A stretch of 62,865 nt of DNA, filler included, from Rhabdomonas costata (taxonomy: Eukaryota): assembly GCA_019059605.1 (NCBI GenBank). It is 43 parts of 43 records of this genome, joined end to end, with 100 filler letters (N's around TTAATTAATTAA, not from the genome) between each part and the next. Parts side by side here need not be neighbours in the genome. Positions count along the whole stretch, not along the records: positions 48,327 to 49,690 come from JAHMHO010018135.1; positions 49,791 to 51,154 come from JAHMHO010018136.1; positions 51,255 to 52,619 come from JAHMHO010018137.1; positions 52,720 to 54,083 come from JAHMHO010018138.1; positions 54,184 to 55,546 come from JAHMHO010018139.1; positions 55,647 to 57,010 come from JAHMHO010018140.1; positions 57,111 to 58,474 come from JAHMHO010018141.1; positions 58,575 to 59,937 come from JAHMHO010018142.1; 35 more parts are not named here. The stretch is one strand, 5' to 3'. The notes under the pieces were generated by a model, which saw only the letters and a program-made list of their open reading frames with translations, made no database searches and was not told the DNA's origin. Each line of letters begins with the position of its first letter. Position 1 is the first letter of the stretch. The translations under genes were made by a program, and so were the position numbers. This document shows, one piece after another, positions 48,327 to 60,369 of the stretch.

Positions 48327-49690
48327 GTGGGGTTGGCGTTAAAGATCATTCGCGTTTCCGAGGGCACGCCCTTTAAGGTGAGCATGGGCCTTGTGCACCG
48401 TCCAGGGATTTACACTTCGATTGGCTGCGAAGCTCTTTCCGTGATCTCGGTATGCTCATCTTCGTGTTCACAGGCAGCTCCTCCCTTTTTTTGTCGCCCG
48501 CGACCGCAAGACGAGAAATGTTGGGCTGTGGTCGCACTGTCCGATATATCCTCAGGGCTATCAGCTGTCGCCCTCCATTTTTCTCTTCTATCACCACCTT
48601 ATCCAACGGTGCAGTTCTCCGATAATGGACGACCTCTTTCTCTCAGCGTCCAAAATGTTGCAGGCACAAGCACAGCGGCCCGGGGGGGGATTACCGCGTC
48701 TAGCGATATGTTCATTGCGAAATTTCGGAATCGGAATGCAAACCGTAAAGCCTGCTCTCACTGACACAAACCACAACCCCTGCGATAACTTTTCTGACAC
48801 CTCTAGAACTGAATACGTCTCAGACCTAAAGCTGCAGAAATCCAAAAAGTGCACCCGGAGCCGGCGGTCGGCCTCGCAAGTCCAGCAAGTCCAGCTAGAG
48901 AAGGTGGGGGCTCCCGGTTGATCGTATGAGTGTACTGCTGTAACTACTCCGTTTGACATTTCTCAGGCTCCGCGTCCCTCTTTACGTCAAGAGGTGACCC
49001 CGCCTGGTTTTGAAAAATATTGTTTTGATGCTTTCTCTTGTGGTTGCTGTTTCCAGTGGTGAAGTGAAGAGTAAAGAGGACTTTTCAGTAGAAATAACCT
49101 GCACATGTCAGCAATGTTACAAAACGTCACGTGCTGCCGGTTTCTGGCCCCTGTCCTCGCACACAAGTCAAAGGAAAATGCCTTATTAAGGCTCACTGCT
49201 GTTCATGATCCCTCAAGGCGGGAGCTTGTAATGAGGTTTGACGGAGGCTGGGTCGCAGTACCCTCGGCCCAACGCGCCAGTCCAGCTCACTAGCTCGAGT
49301 CCCACGGTTCGTTACCCATCGCCTTCTTTGAGAGTTATCTGGGGTTGCCGCTCACTGTTCTTCTCGATATTTTGCCGCAGGTTTTGGGTCCGCTGGTGTC
49401 CCAGGCTCGGCTTCTGCAGGAGATGAACGCTGAATACAATACCAAGATTATTGCAGGTGCAGTTTATCGTTGGCTTGCATTGCAATCCTTGGAAGTTCTG
49501 GGTTTTTATGCGGGAACTGATTTGGAGTGCGCTGATCAAGGGATGCTCCGATGCCCCCTCCCTCCCTGCTGCAGATGAGGGGATTCGCCAGAGTGGTCCC
49601 CGTGACGCGCTTTTCCTGCTGGACGTTGTGCGCAACTCGCACTGGGAAGGCCGCGTCGCGCGTGTCTATCAGCTGGTCCCAGAAGCCATG
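48327..49690 (+). CDS. Class III adenylate/guanylate cyclase-like domain, degenerate; exons 48327-48449, 49381-49456, 49575-49690
   Basis: Spliced peptide ALKII..FKVSMGLVHRPGIYTSIG...SVIS|VLGPLVSQARLLQEMNAEYNTKIIA|DE...FLLDVV.....ARVYQL follows the cyclase C-terminal half. Phases are consistent. Confidence 0.75.
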
Positions 49691-50014
49691 NNNNNNNNNN
49701 NNNNNNNNNNNNNNNNNNNNNNNNNNNNNNNNNNTTAATTAATTAANNNNNNNNNNNNNNNNNNNNNNNNNNNNNNNNNNNNNNNNNNNNTGTGGGGCGA
49801 AAAAGAAAACGCGCTGTGGGTTTTGTCACAAAAAAGTGGGGGCAAGAAGCGCTTGAGGTCGCCCTCCTTGTGACTTTCTTGGTGATCCAGTGTTCTGCTT
49901 CAGGAAAAGAATTCGGAGGTAAGCCATGATTAGTGCGAGCCTTCACTAATTTCCTTACTGCATTGTTGACAGCCTCCTTTCAGAGTAGACATACCCTTGC
50001 ACGACTTATTTTAG

Positions 50015-50526
50015 GTGGCTTCAACAGCTCTCCGAAACAAGACCTCTGGAGGCAAGCCATGACGTGGGTGACGGTCTGGATGTTCCGCTGGTGTGTGATT
50101 CTCCTTGCTCATTACCAGACCGTGGGTATGTATCTTCTCCAAGTGGAAGGTAACATTCCAGGGGTCAACTTTGGGGTGGACGCGTACTACTGTGGCAACT
50201 TTTGGTGGGCCCGGTCCTCCTATCTGCGTGCGCTGGATCCCAAGCGCCTTCTCCAACCAACCTCCCGCTGGGATGCAGAACGCTTTATTGGGGTAACACC
50301 TTTGCCGGGGGTCCAGCTGAGGCCTGCACTTGACCGTTTTGCATGCCTTCTGCACCCGTATCTCCCTTGGCACGCCACGGGCTCCTTTCGCTTTCTCACA
50401 CCGTCTGTGTACCATTCGATGGCTGCCGCAGTCTGGGATCACCGCCCTGGCTCAACCCCACGCACTCTGTCTCGCAAGTGTGTTGCAAATGGAAATGCCA
50501 GCTCCAGCATCACGTCTTTGCGGTGA
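50015..50526 (+). CDS. GNFWW-motif protein (putative glycosyltransferase-like family), terminal exon
   Basis: DLWRQAM......WCV.LL..YQTVG...YYCGNFWWARSSYLRAL...RWDAERFIG. Acceptor cttattttAG. Confidence 0.65.
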
Positions 50527-51254
50527 TGCCGTTCGTCCATTTTTGCTCGCTAGTCCTGTCTTGAAAATTGCTTTTCGCATTTTCTGGACATTCCTTTCAC
50601 TATTTTTTGTGTTTCCCGAGGAACATAGGTGAAGGCATGACGCGGGAAAAAAGACAATGGGAAATACCCTGCAGGAAAGAATGGGCGCCAAATATCTCTA
50701 TACAATAGCGATAATACAAATCTTTTGGCCTGACTATCGATTTTTGAGAGAACGCAAACACCATCTTTTTGGTCTCGTATGGGCATTCGTCAGCCTTCAT
50801 CTCTGTTGGTGTTGGTGGCTGCAATTGTTACAATTGCTGCACAAACCGATAAAGTCTTATTGGCAGAAAGGGTGTGTGCAGCGAGTTTCCTCTGGTACGC
50901 TTTGAAACTGAGTTTACTTGAGCAACATCGCGATTTGGTTGGCGATGGAGAGAACTGGTGAGTCGGTGATGTCACCTGTCCACACAGAAATTTCAGCTTC
51001 GGAAACCCAACATGCCCAAGGTTCGCAGCCTCGTTGAAATTCCAACCACTGCAGTACTTTTGGCACATTTCTATTGTGCTGCAATCTTCCATCTTCTGCT
51101 TCGTTGCAGCCGACCATTTTCCTTTGGAATTCCAACTGCTTCTCTGCACGCTTTNNNNNNNNNNNNNNNNNNNNNNNNNNNNNNNNNNNNNNNNNNNNTT
51201 AATTAATTAANNNNNNNNNNNNNNNNNNNNNNNNNNNNNNNNNNNNNNNNNNNN

Positions 51255-52154
51255 TTTGTTGTTGGCGAAACGGTGGGAGAGAGGTTGGTGGAGTTTCCCG
51301 ATGGGTGGGGGACAGCCCTGTTCTGGACGAAGTCCGCACCGTGGCCGTGGTGGTGGTGGGTTCTGGGCCGGTCCCGGGCGCAGCCTCCTCGTCTGTGGTC
51401 GCGTTGGCCGCCCTTGGCCTGGGGCTTCGGCTGAAGTTGGGGTTCCCTGTCAACGTCGTGCTGCCCGGGGAGTGCCTGGCGCAGTACAACCGCATGCTCA
51501 CGTTTCTGCTGCAGCTGCACTTCACGAAGCACTGCCTCGAGGGACTCTCCGAAGTGAGGTGTCCCACGTGCTCATACGCTCAACGTGTCCACCTGCTAAT
51601 TCATATATCGTATCCGTGTCCTATGTACACCAAGATGACATCGACATACACTCCAGTCGGACCTTTCCAGTTCCTCCAGGATGAACTCAAATGTTCTCTG
51701 GAACGTCGTTGCCGCATTACACAACCCAAATTCATAACCAGAAACTGAAATCCTCGCCAGCATTGACATACATACGCTTACCGACTCTTGCATGATGCTT
51801 TGCTTGCCCTGCCTAGAAAAAGCTGCACCCCGTGAAATCCAGACATGAGGCTCAGCCTGCACTTTTGGCCCAGGCTTTTTTTTCTGCTGTTTTTCCATCT
51901 CCACATATTGAATCTGCTTTAGATTCTGTAATCGATGTCTCTCCCACCCGACCATATGTCCAGAGACCATGGTCATGTTCCTCTCTGCGCAACGCGCAAC
52001 AGGAAGGTGGAGCGGCTCCACCCGGCCGCCTCTGGGGTGGTGCATGCTGTGCAGCTGCTGCGGTACCGCATGCTGTACACCGTCAACGGGCTGATCAACT
52101 ACCTCTTCACTCGGATCACCATCGTCTGGGAGGAGTTCCAGGACCAGCTCCGAG
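51255..52154 (+). CDS. TUBGCP5: Gamma-tubulin complex component, GCP5-like GRIP2 region; exons up to 51558 and 52003 to about 52154
   Basis: FPVNVVLPGECLAQYNRMLTFLLQLHFTKHCL and LLRYRMLYTVNGLINYLFTRI parallel GCP5 (PVDIVI..EC..YN.VF..LLQ; LLR.KL..FVN.L.NY..TRI). Confidence 0.8.
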
Positions 52155-53743
52155 GTCTCCTCCCCTCCTCCTTCCTCTGTCATTCTGGGGCTTGAACACT
52201 TGAAATCTCCCTCTCTTGCAGTGCCATACACGGGGGATTTGTCTGTTGGAAATCGTTTTGCCGTTGCTCTCCCCCCGCCATCTCTAGTAGCAAAAAAAAA
52301 AAGTTGCATGATTGGGTGTTCTGGCGAAGTGCGCTTGCAATGATGGTGACTAAATATGCTTATGTATCTGCTTCTTGGTTTGAAACCTCTCCTTTCAGCT
52401 GCTCTTGCGGGGTTGACATTCACTCGCACCTTTCGAGTATCGAGGAACTTCGATAGTGGTCCCTTGAATGGCCCCGCATTGTGCTCGTTGAACCCCTCCC
52501 CCCATTTATGGGGCCATATTTTCGACGCACAACACACACACACACACACACACACACATCCTCCGCGGGTGAAGGAGGATAGGCCAAAAGCCGAAAATGG
52601 GGACAGCACCCGCCAAAAANNNNNNNNNNNNNNNNNNNNNNNNNNNNNNNNNNNNNNNNNNNNTTAATTAATTAANNNNNNNNNNNNNNNNNNNNNNNNN
52701 NNNNNNNNNNNNNNNNNNNGGTTTGTAGCATAATTTTCCAGAACTCCCCGAGTTCTTTTGGAAGAGCCCATATCGATGCTTTCTTCTGTGTTGCCGACAA
52801 CCCGAAGAAAGGCATACCGAGTATTGGGGGTTGCTTGGGGTGGTGTATACTCCTGATTTACACATCATTCAAACATAAGTATATCCATCGATGCCATGGC
52901 AAAGGGAGAGGCGAAAAACGGCAACCACCGTGACATCAGGGAAAGAGCTGTAATTGACATTCAAGGCTGAGACAACCCTGGCGCTTGATGCACGCAAAGC
53001 AACCACTTACTTAACACAGACATTTTTTATACCTTCGCTCTCACGCAAGGTGGCACAGCCCATTAATAAATAAGAAAGAATGGTGCACCATCCTTCACCT
53101 GACCCGATGGCTGAGTTTGTGGTCAACGGCCGAGTTCGTCGAGCTGTTTTTTTGCCTGGGGGCTGGAAGCTTTTCTCCCTCCTTTCCTCTCTTGCCAACG
53201 CTTGAAGAGTAATGTTATCGCGCGTGAAGCGCAACAAAATGAAGTCTTCCGCAGAGCTGCGGAGCACTGCTCCTGCACGCTACGGCGGCTCCCGCATTAA
53301 ACCCACCCCTAAACCTGCGAACCAGCTCAAGGCCCTGTGCTCGCCGTCGCAGATGACGGTCACTTCCCGTGGCCGCCTCCATACCCCGGTGACTGCTACA
53401 GGGCTGCCCAGCACTCGCTCGTTTTCCAGCAGCCGAAGCAGAAGCCCCACTGCTGAAGTTGCCGGGGTTCCCTCTGAGACAGCGGGCAAGCATCGGAGGT
53501 TTCTCCAGTTCCCTGCGAGCAACCCTCCCTTGACTTTTTGATTGTTGATTTGGCGCTTTTGCTCCAAAAAAAATATTCTCTGCTCATTGCGGATTCAATG
53601 TGCGGCCAAAGGGTGGCGCTGCAGCATCCAGTACCCACATCTGTTTACTTGCACCCGTGTGCGGTGCCTTCGTGTCCGACGCTGCCCAAAAATAGAAGCA
53701 ACTAGATCTCCCCCATACTGTCTTCATACTTGCCCTCATGATC

Positions 53744-53963
53744 TCATGGCCGGAAGTTGTGTGTGGGATCCTCACCCACACATGTGGGGTCGCTGTGTGG
53801 CATAATCCGTTTGCCTGGGCCGGTGTCGAGGGCTAGGTGGGGTGTACCGGGGGTACCCCCCCCCGGTACACCCCATCTAGCCCTCGATTCCAGCCCGGGC
53901 AATGGGATTATGACACACAGCGACCCCACATGTGGGGGGGTCCCTCACAACTTCCGGCCATGA
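53744..53963. mobile_element. 220-bp imperfect palindrome (MITE/fold-back-like element)
   Basis: Arms of about 108 bp (tcatggccggaagttgtg ... cacaacttccggccatga) with substitutions and indels, internal to the contig. CATGAT occurs on both flanks (53737-53742 and 53964-53969). Confidence 0.65.
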
Positions 53964-53999
53964 CATGATGGCAGTATAGTGTGAAAGTGATGGACACGT

Positions 54000-54083
54000 T
54001 TGCTTGCTTTGCTTCTGCTTCTGCTTCTGCTTCTGCTTTGCTTCTGCTTCTGCTTTGCTTCTGCTTTGCTTCTGCTTTGCTTC
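54000..54083 (+). repeat. (GCTTCT/GCTTT)n simple repeat running off the contig end
   Basis: Seen directly. Confidence 0.92.
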
Positions 54084-55014
54084 NNNNNNNNNNNNNNNNN
54101 NNNNNNNNNNNNNNNNNNNNNNNNNNNTTAATTAATTAANNNNNNNNNNNNNNNNNNNNNNNNNNNNNNNNNNNNNNNNNNNNGTTGGTGGTGAAGTGTG
54201 AACGGAGGGTCCTGCGGCAGGTTGGCGCAAAAATGGTCAGTCAAAGGAAAGGAAAGAGATATAATTGAGAAGAGATCGACAGTTTTGAGGAAATGGTGAA
54301 GCAGAAAGTGAAAGAAAATCATGACGGAAGTAGGCCGTTGTGATCAACGAAGGAACAAACATACAACCCTTGAGCGACGGGCATGCAAATACATCGCACA
54401 AGCGAGCCCATGCGTTGTGCGCATCGCGGGCAAAGCGATCCCAGGAACCCGGCTCGTAGCGGATTGAACGTGAAGTATTTCGGGTGATGACCTAATTTTA
54501 TGGTCGCTGGATCTGAGCCGGGCGTCCTGATGATGCTAGCGTTTTTTACGACACTGGATTGCTTTTGGAGGAATCAGGTTGTCGTCACATATTCAGTTCT
54601 TGTTTTCCGTCAGTTTGGCCCAAGGGAACCTTTTGGGTCTAAGGGCTGAAGTTGTCCCCCCCCCCCCAATCCCCTCAAAGGGATTGTGCTGCACTACGTC
54701 CCTTGGGACAACATCGTGTCTCTGATGGAGATTGACGAAGAGGAGATCTTCAGCGGGCGCGTCCAGGTTTTGCTCGGGTTGGTTGGTTGACGCGTATTTC
54801 TTCACAGATGCACATATCATGGGATGGATCAGTGGATGAATATGTTTCATTGATTGCGGTGTTCACGTCATCATCCGCTGGTGTGCAGATGCGAATCTTA
54901 GGAATCTCTCACGGATCCAGAAGCTGTGCAGCATATATCATTGCAGAAACGCGTTTATTATGATTGCGTGAAACTGGACCACGGTACGTAACCATCGTGG
55001 TTCTCTCTGTGCAG

Positions 55015-55521
55015 ATGGGTGGGCGGTGGGGTGTGTACAGGCGGCGAATTCCTTGGCCGAGTCCGTGTGCCGGCACATGCAGCCCCCGCGTCGGGAGGAA
55101 GAGGCCCAGCACAACCACCCCTACAACATCGCGCTGTGGATGCTGTATCGCCGGTGCGCTTCTCGACCTCTACCAGTAAACTTTCCGCGCATTGCTTGTC
55201 TCTGCTCCCAAGGTTGCAATTTCCCGTCTCTTATATAGTGGGCAAGCCGGTGCTATAATTTGTCCGAGGGAAGGTATTTGGGGCTTGGGAGTGCGTTAAT
55301 TCTATTGCTGCATTGCTATCCTTATCTCACCTAATTTTCCAATTTATCTCGGTTGGTACCGTGAATACCATACGCCCCCGACACTCGGTCTTTGATGAGT
55401 AACGAGAACTGGACCTGGGAAAAAAGTGTCTGCTGCCGAAAGGCTTAGGCAGGTGCGGTGATCGAAAATACCAGGCATCTTCGTCCGCCCACGGACTGGA
55501 CGACTATATTTCCTGGAGACA
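55015..55521 (+). CDS. Hypothetical protein, two exons (55015-55153 and 55476-55521)
   Basis: GWAVGCVQAANSLAESV...HPYNIALWMLYRR|HLRPPTDWTTIFPGD joins in phase across GT-AG borders. The second donor is a consensus CAG|GTGAGT. Confidence 0.45.
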
Positions 55522-57252
55522 GGTGAGTTCTCCCTGCATCTGTGTTNNNNNNNNNNNNNNNNNNNNNNNNNNNNNNNNNNNNNNNNNNNNTTAATTAATT
55601 AANNNNNNNNNNNNNNNNNNNNNNNNNNNNNNNNNNNNNNNNNNNNCTTCGGGAACAGAGACGACAGCAGCGCCTCAAAGCTCTCCTTCTGCTGCTGCAT
55701 AGCCTCCACCGAATCGCGCGCGCACGTTAACGGTTCAAGCGGGGGGTTAAACATGCTCCTTTTTTTCGCGCCGGTATTTTTTATGGTTTCAAAAATATCA
55801 ATTCAAATCTCTGATCCGGAACCGGATGGGCACCGCACGGCCCTTCCTCGGAAAGAGGCTGCTCAAAGCTTTTCAACGCTTTTTATTTTATGCCCTCCCC
55901 TCAGCCTGCGGCCGTTTCCTTTGGACTCTGTTCCCCCCGTTTCCCAACCCTTTCCCATAACAATTCAATCTCCATCTATATGGTTCATCAGCCGGGCTTT
56001 CATAAGCGCCAAGGGTGCTGTTAGAATATTGGCCAACGGAAAAAAAGGCAGCCAAGTGAACAAATTTGGGTGGAAAAGGAGAAAAGCTTCGGGTGGTGAG
56101 GATTTTTTTTAGGGATTCAATTTTCGAAAAGGACATAAAGGCATTGCGGTGAAACGGGGGGTGTTACTTCCCCAAAGGGTTCGATTGCGGCTGTTCCTGA
56201 ACAGAACCTGTTTCAAAATCGCCCGTCCCGACCAACGCGGTCGAGTTTCCAAAATGCGTCCCGCCGAGTGTGCGGCTTTTTCGGCGCGTAAACGGTACTG
56301 AACATAAGCTCCACGTGCTTTCAGATCTTCCGCCGTTACCTTCACCCGTGGCCTTTATGACCAAGCTTCCCCACGCCCTCGATGTCACGTGCCTGCCTAT
56401 TTTTGGTGGGTAGAGGCTCTGCAACTCCGCCGGTTTTCGCCGCGCGTCTGGTCTTTGCGTCCAAAGTAATTCTATTTAAGTTGTAAATGCATGATTGCGG
56501 GCACAGCCATTAATCTCGGCCAAAAGAGAGATGCATGTCTCCATGCCCCCATGGATGTCCCCCCCCCCACATCCTCCGCTGTAAAAAACAGGAGCAGGAG
56601 TTTCCAAAACCGCTGTTTTCCCAATTCACTCAAGTCAGATTCTGTTTTCTTTGTATGTGGCACTCCCGCACGCCAATTTGCAGCATTTGATGGCTCAGCA
56701 GCAAAAATTGAAAGAAATGAAGCCGACCAAATGTTTACCATTGAAATTGCACCCTTCGTCTTTTCAGATCTGTGTAGCACGAGTTCAGCTCCTGTCAAAG
56801 CTCTGATAATTGAGCAAATGAACAGCGCTGCTAATGATAAGGAGTCTACGCGAAAATGCCGTACTCAGCCAATAAAGACCCAGAAAAACTGTGCATCCTT
56901 TCTGCATTTCATCAAGTCCCTTTAGATCCTAAAGGTCAAAAATTTCCGTGTAACCAACATTTCGTTTGAACTTCCTTGCGCACTTGACAATGAACACAAC
57001 GAACACAACANNNNNNNNNNNNNNNNNNNNNNNNNNNNNNNNNNNNNNNNNNNNTTAATTAATTAANNNNNNNNNNNNNNNNNNNNNNNNNNNNNNNNNN
57101 NNNNNNNNNNGTGGGTGGTGGTCAAAGGGGTGCGGATGTCGTGGCTGACGCTTGACAGGGAGGAGGCATCGTCGGCACCCCCGAAGGCCTCGACATCGGA
57201 GCTTAGCCCAGCACCTTGCGACTCAGAGGAGCCAGGAAAAGCGAGCGAAGGG

Positions 57253-58473
57253 TCAGGGTTGGGTAGCATCCACCTGGGAACAGCCAACCAGCAAAGATTG
57301 TAAACGCTGCAAACATACGCAACGTTTCGTGTGTCCGCGGACAGAAGCCAAGAAGAAGCGAGCAATCGAATATTTCAACACGCTTAAGAAGAAAAAAAAA
57401 TGTGAAAATCGATGAGAAAGAGATTTCTCATCGATAAACAAGATGGGTATGACACCGTCCTCAGCCCTGTCATACTGGGCCAAACCAGAAATCGGCACAA
57501 GGGATAAAAAGTTGGAAATGACAAAGGTGATTAGAGCATACCGCAATACCCTGGAGTTGGCACTCATCTTCTCGCTAGCGGTGCTGCTGGTGTTGCGCTG
57601 CAGCCTTTGCTTTGTAAGCTTGACTTGGGAGCCACGCTGATCCTCGCCACGACGGTTCCGAAAGGGCAAAGAATTCCCGTGAATATCCAGTTCGCCGGAG
57701 GGCTGCCTTTTAGCCAAAACGTTCAGGCGCGAATTGCCATGTGGCAGAGACAACCCTTCTCGGGAAGTGGAGCTCTGAGAGTGGGTGGGTGTCCCCTTCT
57801 CCAGAAAAGCCATCCCTTCCACGGCTGAGGGATTATGGAGAAGCGGCGAAAAAAGATGCGGTAGGTCCAGGCCGCGGTACTCGTGGCCCAGACTTGAGGA
57901 CTTTGGCAGCCCAGTGACTGCCAGTGCAGAACTTCTACTCGGGATCCAGTTGTCCCGCTCGGGTTGACCGTCAGTGCTGCTGCTTTGTCGTAGGCAAAGC
58001 CTCGAGGTTTCGGGACAGGAGACACTGGTGGTCAAACCCGTTCCAGAGACTGCCGCAACGTCTGGTGCGTGCCAAAGAAGACTCTCAGGGACACTGCCCG
58101 CCAGCGCAGAACGACCACAATTGGCGAGAGAAGCAGGCATGGACTCTGAGGGTGGCTTGTTGTGAAGCGCGGGAAGTGCAGGCAGGTGGGTTAACGGGCA
58201 CGAAGACCTCTCGAGGCCATCGGTGCCCCAGCCCTGGGCAGTGTCCCATGCCGAAGTGGACTCCAAGGGGTTCAGAAATGCTGCGCCGCCAGCAAAGGAC
58301 GACGGGAAGGAGGGCCGGACGGCTTCGAAGGAAGCACCTTCCGTCGCGCAACTTCCGAATAGGGAGAGGCCAGGACCAGAGGCAATGGAAGGTTTTCGGT
58401 GACTGTCCCTCACGGCATCTGTGGAAACATGGTTGAACGGACCAGAGACGACCCTCCGGATGTCCAGCGAGGT
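57253..58473 (-). CDS. Hypothetical membrane protein (long Ser/Pro-rich region followed by a TM helix), partial
   Basis: About 400 open codons up to the contig edge, with hydrophobic VLRYALITFVISNFLSLVPISGL. The 3' part of the ORF probably runs into an intron. Confidence 0.5.
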   Translation of the reverse strand, partial: TSLDIRRVVSGPFNHVSTDAVRDSHRKPSIASGPGLSLFGSCATEGASFEAVRPSFPSSFAGGAAFLNPLESTSAWDTAQGWGTDGLERSSCPLTHLPALPALHNKPPSESMPASLANCGRSALAGSVPESLLWHAPDVAAVSGTGLTTSVSCPETSRLCLRQSSSTDGQPERDNWIPSRSSALAVTGLPKSSSLGHEYRGLDLPHLFSPLLHNPSAVEGMAFLEKGTPTHSQSSTSREGLSLPHGNSRLNVLAKRQPSGELDIHGNSLPFRNRRGEDQRGSQVKLTKQRLQRNTSSTASEKMSANSRVLRYALITFVISNFLSLVPISGLAQYDRAEDGVIPILFIDEKSLSHRFSHFFFFLSVLKYSIARFFLASVRGHTKRCVCLQRLQSLLVGCSQVDATQP

Positions 58474-59253
58474 CNNNNNNNNNNNNNNNNNNNNNNNNNN
58501 NNNNNNNNNNNNNNNNNNTTAATTAATTAANNNNNNNNNNNNNNNNNNNNNNNNNNNNNNNNNNNNNNNNNNNNGGTGGGTTATTACAATGGTGTGAAGC
58601 ATTGAGGAGCCAGTCCTCCTGAACTTCAGATAGGGCTCCGCTGTGGCAGCTCAGCGAGCCCTCGGCCATTAGCTGGCAAGCACCCGTGAGAGCTTCCCTT
58701 CCCCTAGGGAAATTGGGGGAGTGGCCAGTCTAGCTCACGTTTTGTTGAGCATGGCAGGTGCTCCAGTCCCGACAGATCTAGACCAGGTAAAGGGGGTCCA
58801 TGTCGGAAGTCACCCAGCCATTAGGGTGAAGATTTGAGCTGAACTAAGTGAGCGGTACACCCCTGCCCCCATTTTCGGGGTGATGCCTGAAGACTGGTCA
58901 CCCGATCTGGAGGTCTGGATCGCTTATTGCGCTTCTGTGGCCCTGACAGCTATCAAGTGCTGTAATGAAGAGATAAAGGGGTAGAAAGGAGGGTGACGAG
59001 GGCAAGGGCACGGGCACCCCAGACACAGGGAATGACAACCGAAAAAGAATATCTGAAAAACGTCATTCGTTATGGAGAGGAAAGAGGGTAGATGCAGAAA
59101 GATCTTGATAGAGGACCACATCGAACCCACGAAAACACCAATCAAGCACAGAAATATTGAAAGCATAGCCACAAAAATAGAGTCAGCACATCAAGTCCTT
59201 TTTTTTTGCCGTCTTGAACCTCCAAACGCACAAATAAATGCACACGTACACAC

Positions 59254-59570
59254 CGCTCACGAATGTCAGAGTGGCTCAAGGTTTGGGTGTTGCCTGTGGG
59301 GAAGTGGTGGTACGCGCTGTCCTCAGCAGAGAGAAAGCGCCCGAGCACTTGCGTCCTTTTGGAGTCCTGCTGCTTCTTCTTAACGCACTCGTTGTTCACG
59401 GCCTCAATGACACTCACAATGGAGGTCTGGTTGAGGGTCGGGGCGACTTGCGACCACCGGTCCAGCACGGCCTCAAGGCTGTCGGGCAACACGCTGAAGA
59501 AGTACCTGGTGTTTTGGTCGGAGGTCGCCACGTTGCCAGACCCACCGCAGCTCGTCAGAAACGTATTGTA
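59254..59570 (-). CDS. Insulinase-family (M16A, IDE/pitrilysin-like) metallopeptidase exon
   Basis: YNTFL..CGGSGNVATS...TRYFFSV....LEAVLDRW...EAVNNE...HHFPTGNTQTL is collinear with IDE. The HxxEH motif is not in this exon. Confidence 0.85.
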
Positions 59571-60369
59571 CTGTGGCAGAACAACAAAAAAAAGGGGGGG
59601 GGGATCACCTGCAGATGGCATCATCAGGCTTTGACCACCTCAAGAACATCCGCGTAACTTTCCTGGTCCTGCGTTACAGTGACTGGCTATCAGGCTGTCG
59701 AATACAGAAGTCCCAGTGTAAAGCAGGGCAGAGGAAGGAAACGATGGGGAGTGCGACCCCATACTAGATGAAAACCAAAACCACTTTGCGGGATGTTCCC
59801 GGAAGTGAGTGAGAGCAACCCGAGGGAAGCTGGGCTCGAGTTCCCAAATTGCACTGCGACGTTTCAAGGTGCCCCTCTACTCCAATGCTCAGTGACAAGC
59901 ACAGGAACTCGCATATGCAACCACAGGCACACACAAANNNNNNNNNNNNNNNNNNNNNNNNNNNNNNNNNNNNNNNNNNNNTTAATTAATTAANNNNNNN
60001 NNNNNNNNNNNNNNNNNNNNNNNNNNNNNNNNNNNNNTAAGGAACGCCATGGAGAGACCATTCCATTACTTTTGGTAATTTTTTGTGGCAAAGGGTCAGC
60101 TTCGCAGTTCCTCAGAAAGCCATCACGGAGTGGACGGGGGGAGGGGAAATGTTGGGTTGTATAGGTTTGTATTCCCGCTTGCAGAAAGTGAGGTAGCTGA
60201 TGTAGGCACCTTCGAATTGAATTGATTTTACTGGACTTACGTACCATTGGTAACGGTTACTCCCCCCCCCCCTCAACCTTGAATGGGTGGGGAGGTGGTT
60301 TGTTAAGGGGAGAGGAGGCCCCCCCTTTTTTCTGCCCTTTGGATTGTTCCCGCTGCCTCCCTCCTGTAG

